Assembly (NCBI GenBank): GCA_963781675.1 | Contig: CAWAGF010000006.1 | Span: 534,192 to 598,191, forward strand | Source: an uncultured Actinomycetota bacterium | GTDB taxonomy: Bacteria > Actinomycetota > Actinomycetes > Mycobacteriales > SCTD01 | DNA: 64,000 nt | Direction: 5' to 3' | Shown here: positions 42,324 to 53,741 of the stretch, piece by piece | Numbering within the stretch: the stretch's first letter is position 1 | Layout: every line of letters begins with the position of its first letter | The notes under the pieces: generated by a model | The model's database searches: none | What the model saw: the letters and a program-made list of their open reading frames with translations, nothing else | What the model was told of the DNA's origin: nothing | Program-made: the position numbers and the translations under genes

Positions 42324-43607
42324 TCACACCGCGTGCGGGCGCCTCCGGAGCACGAGCACGACGGCGAGCAGGACCAGCCCGGCGACCGCCACGGCACGAC
42401 CGGCGCCGGTGGCCGCGAGCGGCACCTTCGCGGCGTCCGCCACGGCCACCGCGGCCCGGCCCGAGGTGGCGGTGGAGCGGGCGGAGCCGGCGGCTCGCGG
42501 GCAGGGCGCCTCGCGGTCCACCCAGCGCGGGCTGTCCACGTCGAAGCGCAGCAGCCCGGGCCGCACGTAGTCGTAGGGGTCGTAGAGGAAGCGCAGCTCG
42601 GGGTGGACGTCGTAGGAGGCGAGCTCGCGCTCGAGCTGCGGCTCGTACTCGTCGGCCCCGCCGTACTCGCCGCCGATGAAGTCGTGGTGGTTCGGCACGA
42701 ACACCTTCGGCTGCAGGGCGTCGACGTACATCGCCGCGTCGCGCAGGCCGTTCGTGGGGTTGTTGAAGCTGACCAGCGCGCCGACCTGGACGTCGGTCGG
42801 GTGCAGGCTGCGCAGCACCGGGAAGACCTCGGGCGCCTCCTCCTTCAGCGGGCCGGAGGAGTCGTGCATCGTCAGCGCGAAGTGGCCGATGCGCAGCTGG
42901 TAGAGCACCGTGCCGTGCTCGTCGCCCGGGGCGAAGACCGTCGTGCCCGGGCCGGGCGGGTGCTCGAGGATCACGCTCGGGTCGGGGGTGCCGACGGCGG
43001 GGTTGGTGGGGTCGCGCTCGAGGTCCGGCGGCTCGGCGGCCGAGTGGACGTGCAGCACCGCGGTGGTGCACACGCCGGGGAGCACCGAGATCTCCTTGCG
43101 CGTGCCGAACGGCGCGTCCTCGGCGAACGCGACGACGCACGGGAGCTGCTTCCCCGCGTCGGCGCTGGCCTGGTCGCAGTGGCCCTGCGTGCCGACGATC
43201 GTCGCGCCGGTGGCCGCGGCGATCGGCCCGGCGAGCTGGCCGTGGTCGTAGTGGCCGTGGCCCAGCAGGATCGCCTCGGGGTGCAGCGCGATCAGGTCCT
43301 TGGTCGTGGCGGGGACGTAGGCCCGCTCCTCCTCGCCCTTGTGGATGTAGGCGTCGAACAGCACGACGTGGCCGTCGAGCGCGGCGGCGAAGGTCGACAC
43401 CGACACCCACGTCAGGTGCACCTCGTCGCGCGGCAGCGCACCGGTGCGCTGGTCGACGTTCTCGGCGCCGAAGAAGCGGGACCGCTCGGCGATGGTGGCC
43501 GCGAGGTCGCCGGGTGCGGGGGCCGGCGCGGGCGCGGCCACGGCCGGCGGGGCCAGCAGGGTGCCGGCGACGAGGGCGGCGCCGGCGAGCAGGCGGGACG
43601 GCTTCAC
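42324..43607 (-). CDS. Secreted metallo-beta-lactamase-fold hydrolase with LAxTG sorting signal
   Basis: Signal peptide; GHGHYDH motif; PNHHD; C-terminal LAATG-TM-RRR; GGAGGAG RBS. Confidence 0.85.
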   Translation of the reverse strand: MKPSRLLAGAALVAGTLLAPPAVAAPAPAPAPGDLAATIAERSRFFGAENVDQRTGALPRDEVHLTWVSVSTFAAALDGHVVLFDAYIHKGEEERAYVPATTKDLIALHPEAILLGHGHYDHGQLAGPIAAATGATIVGTQGHCDQASADAGKQLPCVVAFAEDAPFGTRKEISVLPGVCTTAVLHVHSAAEPPDLERDPTNPAVGTPDPSVILEHPPGPGTTVFAPGDEHGTVLYQLRIGHFALTMHDSSGPLKEEAPEVFPVLRSLHPTDVQVGALVSFNNPTNGLRDAAMYVDALQPKVFVPNHHDFIGGEYGGADEYEPQLERELASYDVHPELRFLYDPYDYVRPGLLRFDVDSPRWVDREAPCPRAAGSARSTATSGRAAVAVADAAKVPLAATGAGRAVAVAGLVLLAVVLVLRRRPHAV

Positions 43608-43686
43608 GAGGGCTCCTCCAGTGGGCTCGCGGCACAGTTCGCGGTCGGGGCGGCTGCTCCTGCCCCGGGCAGGCAGGGACGGCCGC

Positions 43687-43905
43687 ATGAAGTGGTACGC
43701 CGAGACCGGCCCCCTGCGCACCCGCCAGATCGTCACCGACGTCCTCGTCGCCCTGTGGGTGCTAGGTCTGGGTGCGCGTCGGGCTGGCGGTCGACGACGC
43801 CGTCCGCAGGCTCGGAGCGCCCGGCCGCGAGCTGCAGGGAGGCCGGCGACGGGCTGCGCCGTCCGCTGGCTGCGCTCGAGCTGCGGGCGAACGGCCTGCG
43901 GGCCT
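43687..43905 (+). pseudogene. Truncated remnant of a conserved actinobacterial membrane protein
   Basis: MKWYAETGPLRTRQIVTDVLVALWVL/VWVRVGLAVDDAVRRLGAPGRELQ/EAGDGL read across frameshifts, then cut off at the DUF6351 gene end. Confidence 0.6.
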
Positions 43906-46210
43906 AGGCCCGTCGGCGTCGGAGCAGGAAGGCGCCGCCGAGGAGCAGGACGCCCAGGACGGCCACCAGCGCGGAGGCGCCGGTCGCCGGGAGCTGGCCG
44001 GAGGCGACGCCCGGGCCGGAGCCGCCCGCCGCCGCACCGGCGCCGCGGAAGGGCACCGACACCGGAGCGGCGCCCATGGGCGTGCCGCCGTAGACGACCT
44101 TGCCCTGCGCGTCCTGGTAGGTCAGCCAGGTCGTAGCGGCCTGGAACCCCTTGCCGGGCTTGCTGTAGTCGCAGACGCCGGTCGGGTAGACCGCCTTGAG
44201 AGTCGCCTGCTCGGCCGCGCTGAACACCTCGGTGAAGGCCTGCCCGGCGTAGTCGTAGGACTCGAGCGGGACGGTCTGGCAGTCCAGCCGGTCGTCGGTG
44301 AAGCCCACCAGCGCGTCGCCGCCGCCGGCCTCGATGCGCGGCGAGGAGAAGATCGTCGCGTCGACGGTGGTGTCGCAGACGCTCAGCGGCACGTCGGCGC
44401 CGTCCGCCCCCACGCAGCGCTCGGTGACGCCGGTCTTCTCCTTGGCGGCCAGGATCTTCTTGGCCAGCGGCAGGCTGCTCTTGTCCGCCTCGACGGCGGC
44501 CAGCCACTCATCCATCGCCCGGATCGCGTCGTCGACGAACGACACGTCGCCGAGCAGCGGCGTCTGCCCCTCCCAGAAGACCTGGTTTGCCGAGCTGCCG
44601 TGCTCGCGCACCAGGCGGTCACGCATGGCGTACTTGCGGTAGACGTCGTGGAAGGCGCCAGGCTCCGGGCCGCCGAGGTCGATGATCGCGACCTGGTCGA
44701 GGTGCGCCCCGGTGTTCACGGCGCCGCTGCGGTAGACGCGGTCCTGCGCCACCGGGTCGGCGACGGTGCGGGTGTCGGTCCGCTCGAAGTCGTAGTCGAA
44801 GCCGCCGACGCCCTCGTTCAGGGCCACGAACTGGCTGGGGGCCAACGGCGGACGGGTCGGGTCGGCCACGTCCTGCTTCAGGAAGGCGAGCAGGCCGGAC
44901 AGGCCGTACTGGATGCCGATGTTGCTGATGGGCCGGCGGGCCTTGCCGGCGTCCGGGCCGCTCGGGACCGTGCCGAAGACGTTGACCATGTAGTCCTGGA
45001 AGGAGCAGCGCACGCCGCTCTGGTTGTCCGCGCTGTAGACGTCCTCGGCGGGTACGCCGGGGCAGCTGCGCGAGGGGTCGCCGCTGTTCGGGATGACCTC
45101 GGTGAAGTCGATGGCGTTGGCAGGGTTCGCGTGGCCGTAGATCGACGCCCACTGCGCCGGCAGGATGCCGTCCGCCAGGCCGGGGCCCTCGAGGTAGGCG
45201 CGCAGGCCGACGAAGTCGACGTACTGCTGGGCCGAGCTCCACGCGTCGGTGAAGCTGCACTGCGGGATGATCCCCTGGTAGACGCCCGGGTAGGCGTTCG
45301 CGACCTGCTGCTGGACCAGCGAGCCGCCGGAGCAGCCGCTGCCGATCGTGTAGGTCAGCGGCCCGAAGCGCTCCGCGACCAGCTCCTTGGTGACGATGAG
45401 CGACTCGGCCTGCGTCACCAGGTTGCAGTTGTGGCCGGCGTTGTCGAGCGCGTGCGAGGCGACGGCGAAGCCCTGCGCCAGCGCGTCCTCGAACATCACG
45501 TCCGGTGCGGAGCCCATCTCGTAGGCCGTGTCGCAGCTGGCGCCGTGCGTGAGCACGAGCTTGTTCGCGAAGCCCGGGTTCTCGGCAGCGGGGTCGATCG
45601 GCTTCGTCGGGTCGGCGAGCGCCGCGATCTTGTACTCGTCGCGCAGGCTGACGCCGGTCTCCTCACGGACGATGAACGGCACCTCGTTGCCCTCGTCGGT
45701 CGTCGTCGTCGCGACGTCGGTGGGCGGGCTCGCGGGGTCGTACGGCTGCAGACCGCCGCCGCCGGTCGGCATGTACGACCAGGCGACCACGGGCTCGCGG
45801 TTGCACTGCGCGTCCTTCGCGCCGTCGGTGCAGGCCCAGGGCTGGATCTGCGGGCCGCTGAACACCGGGCCGCCGAGGGGGGCGTCCGTCAGCGTGATGC
45901 GGGCGCCGCGGCCGTCCGGCAGCACGGCGCGCAGGACGTTCTTGCCGAGCGACAGGCCGGTGACCAGGCCCTCCAGCCGGCCCTTGAACGCGGCGGTGAC
46001 GTCGCGACCGTCGTCGTCGACCTTCAGCCCCTTCGGGCTGGCCCCGGCCGGGAGCACGACCCGCACGAGGGCGTCGCCGCCGGTGACCAGGTCACCGCGG
46101 CCGGACAGCACCTCGATGCGGACGTCACCGGGCGGGGCGGACGCCGCCGGCGTGGCCGGCAGCACCGCCACGGCGACCGGGAGGGCGAGGAGGAGAGGCA
46201 GCACGCGCAT
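43904..46210 (-). CDS. DUF6351 family (tannase-like alpha/beta hydrolase) with LPxTG sorting signal
   Basis: Signal peptide; DLVTGGDALV, GPVFSGPQIQPW, GCSGGS nucleophile elbow; C-terminal LPATG-TM-RRRR. Confidence 0.85.
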   Translation of the reverse strand: MRVLPLLLALPVAVAVLPATPAASAPPGDVRIEVLSGRGDLVTGGDALVRVVLPAGASPKGLKVDDDGRDVTAAFKGRLEGLVTGLSLGKNVLRAVLPDGRGARITLTDAPLGGPVFSGPQIQPWACTDGAKDAQCNREPVVAWSYMPTGGGGLQPYDPASPPTDVATTTTDEGNEVPFIVREETGVSLRDEYKIAALADPTKPIDPAAENPGFANKLVLTHGASCDTAYEMGSAPDVMFEDALAQGFAVASHALDNAGHNCNLVTQAESLIVTKELVAERFGPLTYTIGSGCSGGSLVQQQVANAYPGVYQGIIPQCSFTDAWSSAQQYVDFVGLRAYLEGPGLADGILPAQWASIYGHANPANAIDFTEVIPNSGDPSRSCPGVPAEDVYSADNQSGVRCSFQDYMVNVFGTVPSGPDAGKARRPISNIGIQYGLSGLLAFLKQDVADPTRPPLAPSQFVALNEGVGGFDYDFERTDTRTVADPVAQDRVYRSGAVNTGAHLDQVAIIDLGGPEPGAFHDVYRKYAMRDRLVREHGSSANQVFWEGQTPLLGDVSFVDDAIRAMDEWLAAVEADKSSLPLAKKILAAKEKTGVTERCVGADGADVPLSVCDTTVDATIFSSPRIEAGGGDALVGFTDDRLDCQTVPLESYDYAGQAFTEVFSAAEQATLKAVYPTGVCDYSKPGKGFQAATTWLTYQDAQGKVVYGGTPMGAAPVSVPFRGAGAAAGGSGPGVASGQLPATGASALVAVLGVLLLGGAFLLRRRRA

Positions 46211-46280
46211 GAGCTGGATCCGTCCTGTTGCAGTACCAGTGCAAGCACCCTTTCGCCGCGGTGTCCGGATCCCCTGCCTG

Positions 46281-46884
46281 TCAGTCGCCGCTCTTGCGGG
46301 ACGGCCACCGGCTGTCCGCGGGCCGCAGGGTCGCGAAGCCGTCCCGCACCGCCCGGTCGGCGGCGAGCAGGCCGACCGCGGCCATGCCGTTCTCCAGCTC
46401 GCCGGCGAGCACCTGGCGCACCGCCTCCTCGAGCGGCAGCCACGAGGAGGTCATGTCGAGCTCCTCGTGCTCCTGCACGTCGCGCTCGACCTCGCGCAGG
46501 TCCCGGGCGAGGAAGACCCGGATCGCCTCGTCCGTCATGCCGGAGCTGGTCAGCGTGTCGACCAGGACGTGCCAGGTGTCGGCGGCGTAGCCGGCCTCCT
46601 CCGCGAGCTCGCGCCTGGCCGTGCTCGAGCGCGGGCTCCCCCTCGACGTCGAGCAGGCCCGCGGGCAGCTCGTCGAGGCGGCGGCGCACGGGGTGGCGGT
46701 ACTGGTTCACCAGCAGCACCCGTCCCTGCTCGTCCAGGGCGACGACGCCGACCGCACCGGGGTGCTCGACCACGTCGCGCTGGCTGGTGGTCTCCCCCGG
46801 CATGCTCACGACGTCCTTGCGGACCGAGATGATGCGGCCGGCGTACGTCGTCTCGCTGCTGACGACCTCGTAGTCGTGGCTCAT
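46281..46884 (-). CDS. NUDIX hydrolase (ADP-ribose pyrophosphatase-like); frameshift near 46620
   Basis: VVEHPGAV, QYRHP, ELPAGLLD..ARRELAEEAG Nudix box split across frames. Confidence 0.9.
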
Positions 46885-47000
46885 CCGAGCAGGACCGCGA
46901 CCAGCACGATCAGCACGACCGCGCCGACCAGCGGCCAGAGCGGTACGAAGGCGAGCTTGCGGTCCTGGTCCCGCTCTGCGGCGGTGCGTCGTCCGAGCAT
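46881..47000 (-). CDS. 39-aa single-pass membrane protein
   Basis: MLGRR...LWPLVGAVVLIVLVAVLLG; CATGCT-N6-ATG leaderless start; ATGA overlap with nudix. Confidence 0.55.
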   Translation of the reverse strand: MLGRRTAAERDQDRKLAFVPLWPLVGAVVLIVLVAVLLG

Positions 47001-47084
47001 GGCGGCAGCATGCCCGGCGTGCAGAGGTCGGACGCGCGGAGGTGCAGGTCGAGTAGGGGGCCCTGCTCCGGGTACCGCGAACGC

Positions 47085-47570
47085 ATGCGAATCAGCCACG
47101 TCCCCCTGCGCCTGACGACCGGCGCCTTCATCCTCAACTCCGGCCTCACCAAGCGCGGCCTGGACGCGGACAGCGCCGCGGGCATGCAGGGCATGGCCGC
47201 GGCCGTCGTTCCGCAGGCCGGCAAGATGCCGCCGGAGCAGTTCGGCAAGGTGCTCTCGACCGGCGAGATGGCGCTCGGCGCAGCCCTGCTGCTGCCGTTC
47301 GTCTCGCCGCTCAAGGCCGGCCTCGCGCTCACCGCGTTCAGCGGCGGCCTGCTCACGATGTACAAGCGCACCCCGGGCATGACCGAGGCCGACGGCATCC
47401 GCCCGACGCAGGCCGGCACCGCCATCGCCAAGGACGTCTGGATGCTCGGCGCGGGTCTCGCCCTCGTGCTGGACGCCCTGGTCGACGACACCAAGGGCGC
47501 GGCCAAGAGCACCAAGAAGGCGGTCAAGAAGCAGGCCAAGGCCGCGAAGAAGGCCCTGCCCGTCGGCTGA
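47085..47570 (+). CDS. DoxX-like membrane protein with a Lys/Ala-rich tail
   Basis: PLRLTTGAFILNSG, GE..LGAALL, RPTQAG..IAKDVW; GGGTAC element upstream. Confidence 0.8.
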   Translation: MRISHVPLRLTTGAFILNSGLTKRGLDADSAAGMQGMAAAVVPQAGKMPPEQFGKVLSTGEMALGAALLLPFVSPLKAGLALTAFSGGLLTMYKRTPGMTEADGIRPTQAGTAIAKDVWMLGAGLALVLDALVDDTKGAAKSTKKAVKKQAKAAKKALPVG

Positions 47571-47571
47571 G

Positions 47572-49269
<1,698 letters not shown>

Positions 49270-49274
49270 TCAGG

Positions 49275-51245
49275 CTAGCAGCGCGGGGCCACCCGGTGCC
49301 GCAGCACGACGGCGAGTGTCGCGGGCACGGCGACGGTCAGCGCCATCGCGGGCACCGCGGCGCCGGAGTCGTTGACGGCGAAGCCGATCGCGCTGGCGAG
49401 GCCGGTGCCGAGCAGCCCGGCGCGCCAGGCGGGAGCGGCCTCGAGAGCGTCCTCGAACGGGCGCGGGGGGCGAAGGACGAGGTAGACCGCCGCCGCGACG
49501 ACCAGCGGGAGCAGCGCGGTGACCGGGCTGTGCAGCAGCAGCCCCAGCACGGCGTCGGCCTTGCGGCCCAGCAGCGTGCCGGCGGTCCCGTCCGCGACGT
49601 CCTGCACGAAGCGGCCGACGTGCGTGCGGTCCTGCTCCGGCCGGGACCAGTCGGCGAGCGCGAAGGCGCTGACGACCGCGGCTCCCGCGAGGCCCGCGAG
49701 CCCGAGCCGCAGCAGCGACACCCGGCGCCCGGACAGCAGCATGGCGAGCAGCACGAACGCCGGCAGCAGGGACAGCACGCCGCCGACGTCGCTCCCCCAC
49801 GGCGGCGCCCCGTCCACGGCGACGACCACCAGCCCGACGAGCAGCACGCCCCTGCGCCAGGCCGCCGCCGCGAGCAGCGCGGCTGCGGCCAGCACGCCGA
49901 ACGCCACGTTGCCGATCCCCGCGAAGCGCCCCGCCACCAGCGGGCTGTAGCCGGCCACGCTGGACATCTGCAGGTGCGCCCCGGTCACCAGGTCGAGCAC
50001 GAGGACGACTGCGGTGAAGGAGGTCACGACCGCAGCCGGTCGCAGCAGGCGCCCGCGCTGGGCGACGGCGGCGACCCCGGCTGCCAGCACCACGACCACC
50101 CCGAGCAGCGTCAGCAGCGGCGCCGGTGACCGCCACCACGGGACGAGGTTCGCGACGTAGGACGCTCCCAGCGCTGCGACTCCCCCGAGCGCAACCAGCT
50201 CGGCGAGCTCCGGCCGCCGCCGCCACAGGGCTCCCACCAGCAGCAGCTCCCCGGCGAGGAGCACGACGAAGAACGGCACCGTCACCCGCTTGTGCACCTC
50301 CGCGAGCAGCGACACGTCGGCCAGCTCCGCCGCGGTGGGGACGCCTCCGGCGGAGCGCCACGGCTGGCCGGTCATCGACGCCGGCACCCCCACGCCCAGC
50401 AGCGCGAGCGCCGTCGGCGCGACGTCCACGAGCTGGACGTACGGGGCCCGCCGGGTGGACGCGCTCCGCAGCGCGCCCGGCGCGAGGGACGGCCCGTGCG
50501 CGAGCGCGACGTGCAGCCGGGCGGTGCCGTCGCCCGGTGCCTCGGACAGGCCGACCACGACGAGGGTGCCGGCGGTCTCCAGGGCCTGCGCGACGGCGCG
50601 GTCGGCGGCGATGGCGTCCTCCACGCGGCCGGTGCCCTGACCGGCGACGGGCGGGGCCTCGACGAGGCGGAGGTCGCACGGCCGGGCGCTCCCGGGGAGC
50701 GCGCCGCCGGCGGGGGCGGCCGCACCGCCCGCCGGACCCGCGCCGCCTGCCGGACCTGCCAGCGCGGCGTCCGCCGGACCCGCTGCCGCACCCGGCTCTG
50801 CACCGCGCGCCGCCAGCCGCGGTCCCTCCCCCTCCAGGTCGACGCACCGGCCGTCAGCCCGCACCGCGCGCACCAGCGCGCCGAGCTCAGCCCCTTCGCG
50901 CTCGCGGGCGTTCCGCGCCACCAGCGCGTCGGCGTCGTCCGGAAGCCCACCGCCGCAGGGCATCGCACCGTCGAGCGCCGCCGCCCGGTTGCCCGCGCCC
51001 AGCGTGAGCCAGCCGTCTGCAGGACAGCTCACCGCGGGCACAGCCTTCACCGACAGCGCCCCCACCGCGCTCTCGCGGGCGAGCCGCTGCAGCGTCGGGG
51101 TGGCGTCGCCGACGTCGCTCCACCGCAGCCCCGGCACGCCGACCACGACGACCGGCGCGCACTCCGGCAGGCACCCGGTGGAGGCGCTCGCAGGCGCCAT
51201 CGGCAGGAGCACGACCAGCACGACGAGGAGCAGCAGCCGCTTCAC
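49275..51245 (-). CDS. Polytopic membrane protein with an N-terminal extracytoplasmic alkaline-phosphatase-like domain
   Basis: Signal peptide; VPGLRWSD, CPADGWLTLGAG, STRR..VQLVDVAPT, GRFAGIGN, GSDVGG, VNDSG. Confidence 0.75.
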   Translation of the reverse strand: MKRLLLLVVLVVLLPMAPASASTGCLPECAPVVVVGVPGLRWSDVGDATPTLQRLARESAVGALSVKAVPAVSCPADGWLTLGAGNRAAALDGAMPCGGGLPDDADALVARNAREREGAELGALVRAVRADGRCVDLEGEGPRLAARGAEPGAAAGPADAALAGPAGGAGPAGGAAAPAGGALPGSARPCDLRLVEAPPVAGQGTGRVEDAIAADRAVAQALETAGTLVVVGLSEAPGDGTARLHVALAHGPSLAPGALRSASTRRAPYVQLVDVAPTALALLGVGVPASMTGQPWRSAGGVPTAAELADVSLLAEVHKRVTVPFFVVLLAGELLLVGALWRRRPELAELVALGGVAALGASYVANLVPWWRSPAPLLTLLGVVVVLAAGVAAVAQRGRLLRPAAVVTSFTAVVLVLDLVTGAHLQMSSVAGYSPLVAGRFAGIGNVAFGVLAAAALLAAAAWRRGVLLVGLVVVAVDGAPPWGSDVGGVLSLLPAFVLLAMLLSGRRVSLLRLGLAGLAGAAVVSAFALADWSRPEQDRTHVGRFVQDVADGTAGTLLGRKADAVLGLLLHSPVTALLPLVVAAAVYLVLRPPRPFEDALEAAPAWRAGLLGTGLASAIGFAVNDSGAAVPAMALTVAVPATLAVVLRHRVAPRC

Positions 51246-52237
51246 CGCAGCAGCTCCGCGTAGACGCCCGCCACCTGCGCGACGGTGTCCTCCTCAGCCG
51301 GCCAGGTCGCGGCGACGGCCAGTCCGCGCGCGGCGAGGGCGGCCGCTTCCATTGGGTCGTCGAGGAGCCGGCGGACGGCGGCGCCCAGCGCGGGGGCATC
51401 GCCGGGCGGCACGAGCACCGCGCCGTCCTGCACCAGCTCCGGGATGCCGCCCACCGCGGTGGCGACCAGCGGCCGGCCGGCCCGCAGCGCCTCCTGCGCG
51501 GTGAGCGACCGGGCCTCCCAGACCGACGGCAGGACCACCACGTCGGCGGCGGCGAGCAGGTCGGCGACGTCGTCCCGGCGGCCGAGCCAGCGCACGGAAG
51601 GGGCTGCGGCGGCGAGGCTCTCGGCGAGCGGGCCGTCCCCGGCGACGGCCACCACGGCGTCCGGCCAGGCCGGTGCGGCGGCCACGAGCGTGTCGTAGCC
51701 CTTCTGCGGGTGCAGCCGCCCGACGGCCAGCACGAGGGGGTGGCCGAGGCCGGGGTCGCGGCCGGTGGGCACCAGCCGCGGCGCGGCCACCGGCGCCACC
51801 CGGACGTCCTTCGCACCCACCTCCCGGGCGCGGCTGGCGAGGTCGGCGCTGGCGGCCAGCACGACCCGCGCCCGGTGCGCGACCAGCCGCTCCAGGACCG
51901 CCGCCACCCGGCCGCTCACCTCGTTGTGCATCGTGACGACGACGGGGCGGGGCGCGAGCACCGACAGGGCGCCGGCGCGCAGGCCGTGCGCGTGCACGAC
52001 GTCGGCCTCGCGGGCCAGCGTGCGCAGCCGGGCGGCCGCGGCGGCGTCCCGCGCCGGGTGCGGGGTCGCCCCGATCTCGACCACCTCGTACGACGGCAGG
52101 TCGAACACCTCGCGCGTCGACGCCGGTCCGGCGACCACGACCCGGTGGCCCAGCGACGTGAGCCCGGCCGCGAGCGACTGGACGTGCCGGCCCACGCCCC
52201 CGGTGCTGGTGGCCAGCACCAGCAGCACCCTAGGCAC
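51242..52237 (-). CDS. Glycosyltransferase family 4
   Basis: STGGVGRHV, HAHGLRAG, GRLHPQKG, PSVWE..QEA..G.P.VAT.VGG. Confidence 0.93.
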   Translation of the reverse strand: MPRVLLVLATSTGGVGRHVQSLAAGLTSLGHRVVVAGPASTREVFDLPSYEVVEIGATPHPARDAAAAARLRTLAREADVVHAHGLRAGALSVLAPRPVVVTMHNEVSGRVAAVLERLVAHRARVVLAASADLASRAREVGAKDVRVAPVAAPRLVPTGRDPGLGHPLVLAVGRLHPQKGYDTLVAAAPAWPDAVVAVAGDGPLAESLAAAAPSVRWLGRRDDVADLLAAADVVVLPSVWEARSLTAQEALRAGRPLVATAVGGIPELVQDGAVLVPPGDAPALGAAVRRLLDDPMEAAALAARGLAVAATWPAEEDTVAQVAGVYAELLR

Positions 52238-53741
52238 GCAGCGCCTCCCGCAGGCCGCGCGGGTCGAGCAGCCGCGCGACCAGCAGGAACGCCGCTGCGG
52301 CAGCGCCGGCCGTGAGCCCGGCGCGCAGCAGCACCGGTCCGATGTCTGGCACGAGAAGCCCTGCCAGCACGGCGATCCCCGCCCCGAGCAGGCCCACCAG
52401 CAGCGTCCGGCCGCAGCCGTCGAGCGCCGTACGCCGGAGGCCGCGCACGAGCAGCAGCGCGGCGAGCGTGACGCCGATGCTGTTGCCGGCGCCGAGCAGG
52501 ACCACCCGCTCCACGTCCGGCAGCGCGAGCACCAGCAGCAGGTCGGAGCCGGCCACGGCAGCCCAGCCGACGGCGGTGGCGACGGCGGGCGTGCGGACGT
52601 CGTCCCGGGCGTTCAGGGCGCGGGTCAGCAGGGCGAGCAGTCCGTACCCCAGCAGCCCGGGCGCGAAGGCTGCCGTCGCGCGCGCGAGCGAGGTGCTGCT
52701 CTCGACGCCCGGGGCGCCGCGTACGAGCAGCTGCGCGACCGGCAGCGCCGCGACCGCGAGCACCGCTGCGGCGCCCGTCATGACCAGCACCACCGTGCGC
52801 ACCGCTCCGGCGACGACCGCCTGGTACTCCTGCTCCTCGGCGGCGATCAGCGTCGGGTAGGCACTGGTGGCGACGGGCACCGCGAGCACCGCCCACGGCA
52901 GCAGGAACAGCGCGGTCGCGACGGTGAAGACGACGACCGAGCCCTCCTGCCCGTCGGCGGCCAGGCGCAACGCGACGAGCAGTGCGAGCTGCTGTGCTGC
53001 CAGGCCCGCCACCCCGCCTGCGGCCAGGCGCCGGCCACGCGCGGCGACGCCGGGCGGGAACGCGAAGGTCGGGCGCAGCCGCAGGCCGAGCCGGCGCAGC
53101 GGGACGACCAGCCCGAGCGACAGCACGGCCACGCCGAGCGTGGTGCCCACCGACAGCACCAGCTCCTGGCCCCGGCTGAGGTCGGCGGCCCGCTCGACCC
53201 GTCCGGTGGCGGCGTAGCCGAGGTAGCAGCCGATGACGACCAGGCTGGACAGCAGCGGCGCGAGCGCCGGGCCGAGGAAGCGCCGGTGCGCCTGCAGCAC
53301 GCCGGCCAGCACGATGCCGACGCCGTACAGCACGACCTGCGGCATGAACACCACGAGCATCCGGCTGCCGACGTCGACGGCCCCCGCGCAGGTGGGGTCG
53401 TCGCCGAGCAGCGCGCGCATGAGCAACGGCGCGGTGACCACGCCGAGGAGGGCGATCGGCAGCAGCAGCGCCACGGTCCAGGTCAGCAGCGCGCTCACGA
53501 CCTCGCTGCTGCGCGGCAGCGTCGCGACCACCAGCGGCACCACGAGCGCCGCGAGCGCACCGCCTGCCACGACGTCGAACACCACGTTCGGGAGGTAGTT
53601 CGCGGCCTGGTAGGTGTCGCCGACGCACGAGGTGCCGAGGGTGCGGGACAGGACGGCGATGCGGCCGAAGCCGACGACGCGCGAGGCCAGCGTCACCAGC
53701 GCGATGCCGGCGGCCGCGCCCAGCAGCACCCGGCCCCTCAC
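52230..53741 (-). CDS. MurJ/MviN-family lipid flippase
   Basis: SRVVGFGR, Y..AN.LPN, FMPQ, LLPWAVLAVPVATSAYP; many TM helices. Confidence 0.9.
   Translation of the reverse strand: MRGRVLLGAAAGIALVTLASRVVGFGRIAVLSRTLGTSCVGDTYQAANYLPNVVFDVVAGGALAALVVPLVVATLPRSSEVVSALLTWTVALLLPIALLGVVTAPLLMRALLGDDPTCAGAVDVGSRMLVVFMPQVVLYGVGIVLAGVLQAHRRFLGPALAPLLSSLVVIGCYLGYAATGRVERAADLSRGQELVLSVGTTLGVAVLSLGLVVPLRRLGLRLRPTFAFPPGVAARGRRLAAGGVAGLAAQQLALLVALRLAADGQEGSVVVFTVATALFLLPWAVLAVPVATSAYPTLIAAEEQEYQAVVAGAVRTVVLVMTGAAAVLAVAALPVAQLLVRGAPGVESSTSLARATAAFAPGLLGYGLLALLTRALNARDDVRTPAVATAVGWAAVAGSDLLLVLALPDVERVVLLGAGNSIGVTLAALLLVRGLRRTALDGCGRTLLVGLLGAGIAVLAGLLVPDIGPVLLRAGLTAGAAAAAFLLVARLLDPRGLREALRA

Noticed and set aside
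50690..50800. Gly/Ala/Pro low-complexity stretch with short CCGGACC(C/T)GC repeats in the membrane protein
   Set aside because: In-frame flexible linker of a kind common in high-GC genes; no evidence of an inserted element
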